Shown here one piece after another: positions 40,203-50,700 of a DNA stretch of 64,000 bases. The notes beneath the pieces are model-generated. The model did no database searches and was not told where the DNA came from. It saw nothing but the letters and a program-made list of their open reading frames with translations. The DNA comes from Bilabrum cf. latius (Eukaryota). Position 1 is the first letter of the stretch. Each line of letters opens with the position of its first letter. The translations under genes were made by a program, and so were the position numbers. The stretch spans positions 372,001 through 436,000 of the forward strand of contig OZ237739.1 of NCBI GenBank assembly GCA_965178125.1, given 5' to 3'.

Positions 40203-43200
40203 ATGACTCTAACTGGTGTAGTGCTACTTTTATTTGTGCCGGTGTGGGCTTGTCCTAATCTGCGATTCCCTTCCGCCTATCAATCCGAACTCCTGGCACT
40301 CACGCCGAGCGGTCTACGATTGCGCGTAGAATCCGTGGCAGGGAGCAATGCTTTATCTGGGGTTGGATTTGGTGATGTATCGATTCAATTCGCCACGGAA
40401 GCGGGCGTCGAAAGCATGAAGGTCCTCGATTTTCCATGCGAATCCGTCCCAGATCATGTTGAAGTCGGGCCGGCAGTCGCTGCTAGCATACTTGAAGATG
40501 CTTTGCCTGGATCCCTTGCGAAGCTTGTGCTAAGGTCACAATCTTCATAGGTATCGATAAGCCTAGCCATAGGGGCCCCGAGTAGCGCTGCGTGGATTGG
40601 CGGGTACAATGCGTTGCGTGGATCCATGCAGGGCAAGTGCAAGGCAGGGGCGACTGTAATGTCAGCCGTGCTGCAATCTACCGCTGTAGGGTGCTCCACT
40701 CTGTACGTGAATGGAAATCGAATCAGCAGCCCAATGGACCCTGGGTGGGCCCACGTCCCGCAAGTTCGGTGGCCGTTCAAGTCCTACGACGTCACCGCGC
40801 ACGCCACGTCAGGCTCGCAGGACGCCGGCGGCGAAATCGTGGTGGCGGTTCTGCTGGGCAAGTGCATGTGGGGATATCGCGGCTGGGACTGCCTCGAGGG
40901 CGACGACCCTGCCGCCTGTCAGGCACTGCTCGCCCAGCTCACGATCACGTGCTCGGGCGGCTCCCAGCAGGTGCTCGCCACAAACACCGAGGGCGGCACC
41001 TCAGGCTGGCTCGGCACGCAGAGCCCCGTGGTCTTCGACGATCTCTTCGAGGGGGAGGTGTGGGACCAGCAGAGGGCCGAGGACCTTGAAGGCTGGATGC
41101 TCCCGGGGCCCGTGCCCCACCCGCCGTCCGGGCCGGGCTTTCAGCCGGTAAAGGCAATCACCCCCTACGTCAGCAGCAATCTGGTGCCACAGACAAACCC
41201 GCCACTCGCCGCCGTCGCCAACCACACGGTTTCCAAGGGTCCGTACCGCGCCAAGGACCAGGTCGTGTGGGAGTTCGACGACAACCGGGCTAGCATCTGC
41301 ACGCTCCAGATCTCGAGCTCGCTATCTGGCCGGGCCGGCCTGCAGGGGGGCCAGTGGCTCGCGGTCCAGTACGGGGAGCTGGTGAACGACGATGGCACCG
41401 TGCACAACCAGTTTGGGACCGGTTGTCCCGTGGACAAGGTCAACTGCGCCTCGCAGACAGACAACGTGACGCTCGGCAGCAGGGTGCAGCAGGACGGGCT
41501 GCTGTGGGAGACGCACTTCACGTATCACGGATTCAAGTACGCCGCCCTCTTTGGGTGGCCCACCGGTGCACCGCTTCCGCCAGCAGATTCGCTGCAATGC
41601 GTTGCACTCAGCAGCTCGATGCAGCCACGCCTTGACATGCAATTTGGGGACGGCTCTACCATTGGCAAAGAAACGCAGGTTGGCGGCGGCAGCTCACTGC
41701 CAGCTGCAACCGTGCTGCAGACCATCACCAAGGCAGTGGCCCTGACCCAGCTAAACGCGGTGCATTTCCACCCGGAGGACTGCCCCACGCGGGAGAAGAG
41801 GGGTTGGATGGGAGACACACAATGGGGGGCAGAGCCCCTCATGTTCGCCTTCAACGCCGAGCCAATCTTCGAGGTCTTCACGCAGTCCATCAGGGATCAC
41901 CAGACGTTCGGGTGCGCGCAGCCTCCAAGTGCCAGGACTCTGCGAGGCCACACCCCGGGAAAGGCTGTGCAGCACGCCACGAGTGAAGCCTACGTGTACG
42001 GTTCAAGTGCCCCCTTGCCAGGTCCTCCTCACGAGCTGTGCTGCGGGGAACAGAAGAGGTTTGGGTGCACGCCGGGACGCACCCCCGTGAATGCGAGCGG
42101 GAGCGTGCCGGACGTAGTGCCGTTCCCGTGGGGTCCGATTGGCGGGTTTCCGGGCGATCCAAGCTGGATGGCAGCGGCCTGCACCATCCCATTCGGCAGG
42201 TACACTGCGTACGGATCCCTGAGTCAGCTCGGCAGGGAGTACGTCGTGTGCTCCGACTACCTTGCATTCATGGAGAGGAACCTGATTGGCGGGCTTGCCA
42301 TGTGGGGCTTTTACGGGGACTGGATTGCCATCGACAAGGACTCGAACAGCACCCTCATGAGCACCGCATCTCTCATCATCTCGGCGCAGCAGGGGGCTTC
42401 CATGGCCAAGTCGTTGGGCAACTCCGAGGATGCCACCAGGTGGACTGCGCTCGCAGCCAAGGCAGGCCTGGCCATGCGCGCAGCCTTCAAGGACCCGGCC
42501 ACTGGCCGCTACGACAGCGGCAAGGGCATTCAGGCCTCCAACGCTATGGCCCTGTACACCGGCGTGGAGACGAACGGCACCGGAGGAGCGGCCACCGCCC
42601 TCATTAAGGACGTTGTCACGACCCGTGGCATGCATCTATCCACGGGATCCTCGGCTTCCAGGTACATCCTACAGGCGCTCGAGCTGTGCGGGTCGCCCGA
42701 AGGCGCGGGTACCGTGCTTGCGCCTTCTACTCGACTCAGCGGCTCCCACGTGGCCGCACAGCTCGCGGTACAGACGACACAGCCCTCTTGGGGTTTCTTT
42801 GTTGTCAACGCCAGCTTGCCTCAGACCATGTGGGAGAGATGGGACGTGACCCCGCCGAACGTGGGCGCTTCCTCGCTCGACCACCCGTTCCTGGGCGCTG
42901 GTGTGCAACGCTGGGCGCAGACCAACGCGGCTGGATTGAACGTTGGGTACGATGTGAGCGGCTGGGGGCAAGCGAGGAACGCTATGGTCTGCACCATCGC
43001 GCGAGCCGAAGCCAGTGGCATCAGAGGAGGAAGCGAGATCCCTGAGAACTTCGCTGCAGAGTGCCTGGATTCGACGGGTACGCATCGAGGGGTCTTCAGT
43101 GCAAAGCTCTCCCCCAGTGCTGGTGCAGTCTCTCAGATTGGCCAAGCAAGCGCGAGGCTTGAGACTGCGAGGGGGTAGATTCGATCTAGCTGGGAGCTCG

Positions 43201-43535
43201 ACCTCAACCAGAGGTCCCTGAGCGCCAGCCTGATCGGGCCGCATGGCACACCCGCAGTCCTCGAGGTACCGCTGCAGGGGCTTGCCTCGGTGCTGCAGCC
43301 TTCAAGCGCTTCAGACACGCCCCGGAATCTGCATGTGCGCGCGAGTCGCGGTGACGAAGTGATGACGCAGTGCGAGGTAGACCTGGACCGCGTGGATGGA
43401 GTAGGGCTAGCCGTGAGTCCCTCTGCCGTGTCATCAAGGTGCCATGGGGTTATCATGTCAGGTACTGGTGCCGTGCGAGTTGAGTCGTCTCTGCGTGGTG
43501 ACGCTCAATTAGCATTGACTGTACGAATGGCATGA
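40203..43535 (+). CDS. Secreted glycoside hydrolase family 78 (alpha-L-rhamnosidase-like), ~1110 aa, two in-frame TAG (Gln)
   Basis: Signal-like N-terminus MTLTGVVLLLFVPVWA. GH78 motifs FTYHGFKY, PEDCPTREKRGWMGD, TMWERW and SLDHP, plus C-terminal TARG*IRSSW. ORFs 40134-40550, 40614-43178 and 43290-43535 share one frame and are joined through TAG at 40548 and 43176. Ends TGA. Confidence 0.88.
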
Positions 43536-43695
43536 GTGCCAGCAGGCACAGTTTTGAGCTCTTGGAGCGAGGTGCCATGTATCTTGCATGTAGAGAGCTT
43601 CTGCGTGCCAGACTGCGTGTTTTTGGTTTCAAACTTAATTGCTTCCTCAATCATCCAAACCATACTATACCACAATCTCGGATCCTACGGCTATT

Positions 43696-46584
43696 TCATT
43701 TGGACAGGAACGACCCAATGTGGGTCGGCGTGTGGCACACCTCACGCAGCATCATGGTAGCGTAGCAGCTTTTCGGCAGGCTGAACTCTAAGACGAGCGC
43801 AACCCGGTTAGGAGCTTCGCTGTCCAGCGAAATGGTAGCGGCCGCACCTGCTACACCTTTGCTGCTCTCGCTCCCTTCGTCCTTGGCTGCCTTGGGTTCG
43901 TCCCGCTTTTCGGTCGGGCACTGCTGCACAGAGGCTGGACCAGACAGCCCAAGCACGCCCCTGCAAGGGAAGTCGCCCGCACGAGCAAGTCTATCGGCGT
44001 CAGTGTCAACAAGATCAGCCCTGCTGCTGGCGACGTGCGTTTGGTATCGCCATGACACGTCCGTCGCCTGCCGCACCAGCTGCCTGTACCCTCCGGGCAT
44101 TTGGGGCAGCCCGAGTCGTCCGAGACACGTGCCCTGCTTGGTGAAACAAGCGACCACCTTGCCACTCAATGACTCGTCGCTCTCCGATTCGTCAAAGTCG
44201 GCCAGCACCCCGTCCTGCAGCATGAGCCTGCAAGCCTCCTTCAGCCCAACCTTATGCTGAGGCCACTGCACGAAGACACCTGGCAGCGGCATCACGACGT
44301 CGTTGATATCGTAGGCGCCGCTGGCGGCCTCTTCTTCCGTAACGACGTGCACCGCAGGGAAGCCCCGAGATTCTCGCTTGGGCTTATGCCCACCCTTGCC
44401 TCGATCCTTCGCGCCTGAAGCTTTCTCGGCGTCATCGTCTTCAGTTTCATCGGTTGGAACATCGGCCTCGCGGCTCGCGTCCAAAACGAGGTCGCCTGCC
44501 ACCACGCGGTCTCCTGGCAGCTGGGTAAGCCTGGCCGTGACCATGCGGTTCCAGACGAAGGACTGGTACGCGTGGATGTAGAGCGAGACCAGATGCTTCT
44601 GCAGCTTGCTCACTGGAGTGAGGGCGTCCGACCGGTCCTCCTCGAGCAGCAGCCCCCGGATGAGGTTATCTTCGTGGGAGTCTCCCGGGACCGTGGGGAA
44701 CAGTGCGACGGCATCCGTGAGGCTGGCCCCGCCTGATCCATACGTCTTCGATTCTGCTTCCTTCTTGTCATCTGACGCGTCAGCATCAGCATCTGCAGCC
44801 GCAGATGAAGAGGACGACTAGGCCGGTTTGTCAGTGCTACTTTTCCCGTTCGCCTTGTCAGTTGCCTGCTGCAGCCAGGGCCACAGCTTGCGCAGGTCCG
44901 CAAGGCTCTTGCACCCGGTCGCCGTGGAGCCCGATGCAGCTCCAGCTGATCCTTTCGCCGCACCGTCGCCGGCCCCTTTGTCATCGCTGCTTGCCTCGAT
45001 ACCCTTGGCACGGAGTCGTCCAGCAGCCGACTGGCCCATGTTCTCCAGCAGCTTGACCCAGCCAGGCAGCCTCAGCATGAGAGTGTACACGTCCTGCGCG
45101 CCGCGACTGAGCAGGCACTGTCCAATCACGTGCGTCCCAACAGGTCCGGAGCCGAAGCGTTGCATGCCGTAGTAGTTGATGAAACGGTAACCAGTTGTCT
45201 TCCACGCTTGCAGCGAGGTCTCGATCCCGCTCTGCACCCGATCCAGATCGGGAGAGTGCTTCACCTCTCCACCAGCGCCCGAGCTTGGCCCGCCGTCGGC
45301 CTGGACTTCCTCTCCACTGCCTTCCATGGGGGCCTGCCTCAGCGGCTTGTATCCTAGCGGCCTGGCTTGCCGAAGCACCACCGTGAAACGGTTGCCTTCA
45401 AGCCTGCCCATCGTCGGCTGCGCCTCGTCCTCCACAAAGGCAACGTCACCGACACGAATCCCGGGAAGCGCGCGGTTGATGTGCGCGAGCCGGTTGGGCT
45501 CGAGCTTCCACACTGCCATCCGCTGCGATGTCGCCGCTCTGCGGTCCTTGGTTCCAGCGTAAACCACGTTGCCGCTGCCACGCAGCACCCGGCGGAGCGC
45601 CTGCACGGCGTGGATTGTATCGTGGTCTACTTTGAAAAGCGTGAACTCAGTCCACGGGGGCCTGCCACGCGGCCACATGGGCCCGCTGCGTCGGACTTGG
45701 TGAGCATCCTTCTTAGTGCTGAGCACAAGGCGCCTGCGACGATCCTGCGGGTGACTTCCCGCCCCGGCACCGGATGATGCAGATGCCGAGGAGGAAGATG
45801 CGGCGGAAGAGGACGAGGAGGACGACGAGGAGGATGATGCCGGTTCCGCCTTGCCCGGCTCCGCTGCGTCGGTGCGGAATTCTCCACGGCTGGAAAAGGT
45901 CCCCTTGAAGTGCTCACGCACAGTGTCGTGGAAGCGAATGCGGACTTCCTTGTCGTCGGCGTTCGCCTCGAGCACGAGATCTGTGGGGCGGCTCTCCGCG
46001 TCCAAGCGTAGCCAAGCGAGAATACGAGACGCATCGCCATCTCCTACAATATCAGTAAATGCGGACGATAACTCTTCAATGTCGATAGCTGCGACGATGT
46101 CATCCCACTTCTGCGATTTTGGAGCTGGTTTCGCCTTGACCTTCGGTGTTTTCACCGGCATGGTTACATTCCGAAGCCGAACCACTTCTCCACCAGGCAT
46201 GATCTCATTGACCTGAAAATCTGAAAACCTGTGACGGGCAAGAGAGCAGGAAATTTCGTCAAGACTATAGAAAGTCGATCCATTCTGTCGCTGCCAGGCA
46301 CGTCACAGCGGACCGAATGCCTGCTGGCAGTTGCAGTTGCACAAAGCTTACCTGCACTTGAATTGCCCTTCAATTCCACGGTGGCTCGAGAGGAAAGATG
46401 TAATGCCAACATCAGTCTCAAGTGGTGGTACTTGTGGCAGCTTTGGCCGGTCGACAACAATAGCTCTCCGCTTCTTGAAGGATCCTCCACTGTCGTCTCG
46501 ACCAGCAGGCCCCGCATGCCGTGGCCTCTTGTGACCGCCTCGACCGCGGCCTCTCCCTCTCCCGCTACCCTTTCGTCTGTCCAT
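43696..46584 (-). CDS. PUS7: Pseudouridine synthase 7 (TruD family), 2 exons (46584-46352, 46228-43696), one in-frame TAG at 44818-44820
   Basis: ETDVGITSF...GQFKCR|FSDFQVNEI is restored across the intron. Motifs YAGTKDRRA, GNRF, FINYYGMQRFG, HAYQSFVWN and FSLPKSCYATMMLRE are present. Ends TGA at 43698-43696. Confidence 0.93.
46229..46351 (-). other. Spliceosomal intron (123 nt) in PUS7
   Basis: Donor AG|GTAAGC and acceptor CTCTTGCCCGTCACAG|G. Splicing restores the KCRFSDFQVNEI motif. Confidence 0.88.
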
Positions 46585-46707
46585 GTCACCTAGTAGGTTG
46601 TTTGCTACTCCAACTGAATCTGCTTGCCTGTTCTTTGGTAGCGATAGTACGGCCGTGACGAGTGCGACAGCACCCATGTCAAAATTATTTTGCAAAGACC
46701 GTGACGC
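46585..46707. promoter_or_regulatory. ~123-bp divergent intergenic spacer between PUS7 and mago; candidate bidirectional promoter
   Basis: Inferred start codons at 46584 (-) and 46708 (+). Confidence 0.45.
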
Positions 46708-47561
46708 ATGGCAGCAGCAAGCAAAGACGCAGAGGTAAGTCCAGCTCCACATACTGGGCAGAAGGCGGAACAGGGCGCTGAAAAAAAGGGCGAAGCAAAG
46801 CCAGATCCCGCCCCACGACCTGTTGGAGTGCCTGACAAGGAGTTTTATTTGAGATACTAGTGAGAACACGCAGTAAAGCGCACCAGATGATTTTATGTCG
46901 CATATTTAATACTTTGGGAGCACAAAATGCCTCTTATGTCTCTATCGCAGCGTTGGCCATCGCGGCCGGTTCGGGCACGAATTCTTAGAGATCCAGTTCT
47001 GCTCGGATGGCACGTTCAAGTATGCAAACAACAGCTAGTACCGGCATGATAGTATGATTAAGAAATCTGGTGAGATGCGGATCCATTTTGGTGACTTGCT
47101 TCAGAGTTTGTTGGCGGATACAGCGTCACAGCTTGGTGAATCAATGAGCCTTTCTCTTGCAGTAAGGGTATCCCCAGCTGTGGTTGCTGAGGTCTAGCGA
47201 ATAGTCGATACAAGCGAAATTCTCAGGTGAGTTCTTCTTGGATGTCGCGCGGTTTTGGTATGAGAGCGGGACGGGCGATTTCATGCTGGAGTGCCACTGG
47301 CAATGCCTTTTTCCCCCTGCTTGCAGCTTTGATGACGAGAATTGGCCAGAACCAAACGAAGTAGGGCGATAGGAGCTCGAGATTATCACAGATTAGGAAC
47401 ACGTCAGTTTTGTGTGTGCTAAAATTGGTTCAATGGTCGATGTCAAAGGCAGCAAGGATCCCAAGGGCATGGAGAAGCTGTATTACCTTGTATAGGATCT
47501 ACGCTGTTTAGCTTTCAGCTTGATTTCGGCCCACTTCAAGATCAAGCCAATACCGTAGTGA
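46708..47561 (+). CDS. MAGO: Mago nashi (exon junction complex core), 4 exons: 46708-46859, 46951-47069, 47163-47226, 47327-47561; six in-frame TAG
   Basis: The spliced product reads ...[34 protein letters not shown]...[55 protein letters not shown], then TGA. This is collinear with canonical Mago ([22 protein letters not shown]...GRQELEI...[24 protein letters not shown]). The three introns are GT(GAG)...CAG: 46860-46950, 47070-47162, 47227-47326. Not in the ORF track. Confidence 0.96.
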
Positions 47562-47775
47562 CGCTGGCCCCTTCAAGATCTGCACTTGGCTGGTGTAGAT
47601 GCGGTGAGACTTGAGCAAGTTGGCGGAGCCGTCGTTGAATACTACACTACACTAAAGCTATACGTTATATTCATTCAAAACATACGCGCCACGCACTAAT
47701 GGTGCGTGGTTTGTGGTCGCATTTTGACGCACTCAAACTAGTGCAATTCGGGGGGCTCACACACAGGACGATCGG

Positions 47776-50700
47776 TCACACCCCCGTCAGAGGATTCCGC
47801 ACCGTTGCGGCTCTATCCTCTCCTGCCAAGGCCGGCGGGGACGGCGGGCGGCTCTCTTCCGCGCCATCCTCACCGCCATCCAAGGGAGGGCTCGGCTCTG
47901 GTGAAGGCGTGTGGACTGCATCGAGTGCGTCCATCTCAGCGTCCTCTTCGGCGAGCGTTGGTGCCACCTGCTCTGCGGCAGCGCTATCCCTAGCAATACG
48001 GGGGGAATCATCCGTGTCTGGTGCAGGCATTGCCTGCGCACCATCTGGTACTGATGCAGCTGCAGCTGTAGCTGCTCCAGAGTTGCCTCGCGCGGCCCGG
48101 CCGTGGTCGTCCTGGTCGTCCAGCGCAGCCCGCTTGCCCGTGTCCGACCCTCCTTGCGCCTGCACAGCACTAGGCCCTCGTATCGAGGTCGGTGGCAGTG
48201 CGAGATGTCTTGCTGGATGCTCCTACTCACCGCCATGAGCAGGATCATCCTCTTGCACGGACTCCCAAGAGTCTGCCTCTAGGCCCAGCTCGATCGTGTG
48301 CTTGGCTTCATCCTCCTCCAGAGTGCGCTGCTGGTCCTTCGTGCGGAAGAATGTCGTTCCTCTAAACACTGCACCGTCCTTGCAGCACCACACCAGGAGG
48401 ACCAGGACTACGAGCAGGAACCACAGCACGGACGTGAGCACGCTTGCCACCGTGTCGTCGTACTCCTTGTCAGTGTTGTCGATGGAGATCAGCGTGCCAT
48501 CCCGCCTGAGGTCTAGCAACTCAGGCTCCTCTGCAGCTTCGGGGAATGCAAGGTGCATGAGCACCACAAGCCATGCCGTGAATGCCGCGATGCCAATCGG
48601 CAGCCGAACAAGGTCGTGGGCGCGGGCAAACGGCATCGGGTTGACCATACAGCTTGCAGCGGCGAACACGGTCAGGGCCACAGCACCGATCACAACTGCC
48701 GCAGTCACGTCCCATATCCTCGACAGAATCACGCCGCAGAACGCCACCACGAGCATGCATAGCCCCAACGCCGCAACGAACCATGGCGCCATCTGCAGCT
48801 CCAGCCTCCACGGCTCAGGAGGCTTGTAATTCCGCAGCGCCACGGCAGTTTCATCGCTCCTCGTGATTGGGCTCTCGTTCTGCTCCACGAGCACGTTCAG
48901 CTCCGTGAACTCTGCCATGGTCCACCTTCGCTGTTCCCTGCGCTAGTGCACCGTCAGCCCAACCATGAGGACTGGGATGAAGATCAGCAGCGCGATGCCC
49001 GACAGGATCAGCCCGATCACGTGGGTCAAGCTCCAGCACTCGAAGCGATCGCACTACCCGGGGAAGTCGCCTTCCACGAGCAGGCCGAACGGGAAATTGC
49101 ACGTCCAGATCTGTAGGAAGATCACGAGCATTGGCACCGGCGCAATCACAAGGCCCAGGTAGGTCGCGCCAACCAGGGTCAGCCACACAACCGAAGGCGC
49201 CTTGTCTTTCACGTCGATCTCGATCTCTTCCTCTTCATCGATTACCTCGATGATTTCGTCGGCATCCGAGTCCACGTCTGACACGACGGCATCCAGCACC
49301 TCCTCGATCTCCTCCATGTCGACCTGCTCCGAGGCTTGCACCCGCAGCTCGCGCTCTGCACCGTGGTGGCCTACGCGGCGCTGCGTCACGACCTCTTGCG
49401 CAGGCCTCATGTTTGCCGTGCTCATCACGCGACTGAGCGAGCCAATCCGCTGCAACGGGTTCCCAGCGGTTGAACCGCCCTGTGCAGCTGACGCACCACC
49501 CACACCACTGCCCGCTGCAGTTGTTGTCATGGTGGGATCAGAAGGCGCACGATGCCCAGTCACAGTGATGGGATTCTTCGCCGAGTCGACACGGTCCCCC
49601 CGCACCGAGTTCGTCCTCGCGAGACTTCGTGCTGTCGCGATCCGCTTCAGCTCCTCCTGGTGCTGCTTCTCGCTAGTATGCTCCTCCTCTGCCAGCTCGG
49701 CGTCTGCTGTGACCACGATGAGGGCGATGACGGCCATCGCCAGGAAGATCACCAGGAAGAAACCGTACAGCGGGATCAGGCGGATACCCAGGAGACTGTA
49801 GCCCCTCATCACATGCTTGATGAAGGAGAAAGACAGCCAAGGAATATCCGCCAGGAACAGCGGGCTGACCAGGGCAATCGCAACGATGTACGAGAACCAC
49901 ATCATGAACCAGTTCCTCCAGTTCGAGTGGATTTGCTGCGTCGGTAGCAGCCAGTCTACCTGGTCAAAGTGGTCGGACCCGTCCAGGCACGCGTACAAGA
50001 TGCCGGCCACGACGAGGCTGACCAACAGGATCACGAACAGCACGGCGAGCGCAATGGTCTGGTAGTCGGACGCGATGAGAGGCGCCACGATGGAGATCGA
50101 GAACGGCACCTCGGCAACGTCGCAGAGCTGCCTGTCAACGGCACGCTCGAGCTGACCAGACGTGGGCGTGAAGCACGGAAGCGTGTTGCACGGCTGAGAT
50201 TCGTTGAGCGTAGGGCACTGCGAGCCGTCGCCAGCGGGAACAACGAGCACGGTTCGATTCCTCCACCTGAGGCCGCCACCACAGGACTCAGAACAGTCCC
50301 CGTACTCGGTCCAATTGCCCACGATGCAGTCTACTGGACATACGTGCTGGTTGCACTCCTGCACTTCCGCAAGCGCTGGGCAGCCCTCGCCGCCGTGCGA
50401 GGGATATCGGATCACCTCGCGCGTTCTCGTTTGCTCGCCGCCATTGCATTCTTCCGTGCAAGTGGACCAGCTTGTCCACTGCGTCACCGCGCAGTCTCGG
50501 GAGCACGACCCGGCGTCACACAGCCCGGGATTAACAGAGCACCCGTCTGCCCTGCAGAACGGATCCTCTTGGTGAGCAGAGCACTCGCACTGGCCGCCGC
50601 TGTCGGCAAGGCACGCGCCGTTCCCGTGGCACTGATCCTTGAGCAGAGCGCTCGGGTCGCACTGGCAGCACGAATCACCCGTCCAGCCAGCATCGCACTC

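Noticed and set aside
46348-46869. 173-aa minus-strand ORF as a separate gene
   Set aside because: Its 3' part is PUS7 exon 1 (from ATG 46584). The upstream part overlaps the spacer and mago exon 1 antisense, and its TAA lies in the intron donor.
46708-47561. TAG = Leu, Glu, Trp (A-to-I editing) or pyrrolysine
   Set aside because: Conserved Mago positions and paralogue swaps specify Gln. U-to-C editing cannot be excluded from DNA alone but is unlikely for about 100 sites.
40203-47561. Bacterial or phage (code 15 phage) origin of the contig
   Set aside because: GT-AG spliceosomal introns, Mago nashi and a eukaryote-type PUS7 show this is eukaryotic nuclear DNA.
48160-48232. Possible intron (GTGAGT...GTGCAG) removing the TAG at 48223 in gene 2
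   Set aside because: The obvious donor/acceptor pair would shift into an implausible frame, while TAG=Gln keeps the frame. Left unresolved without RNA data.
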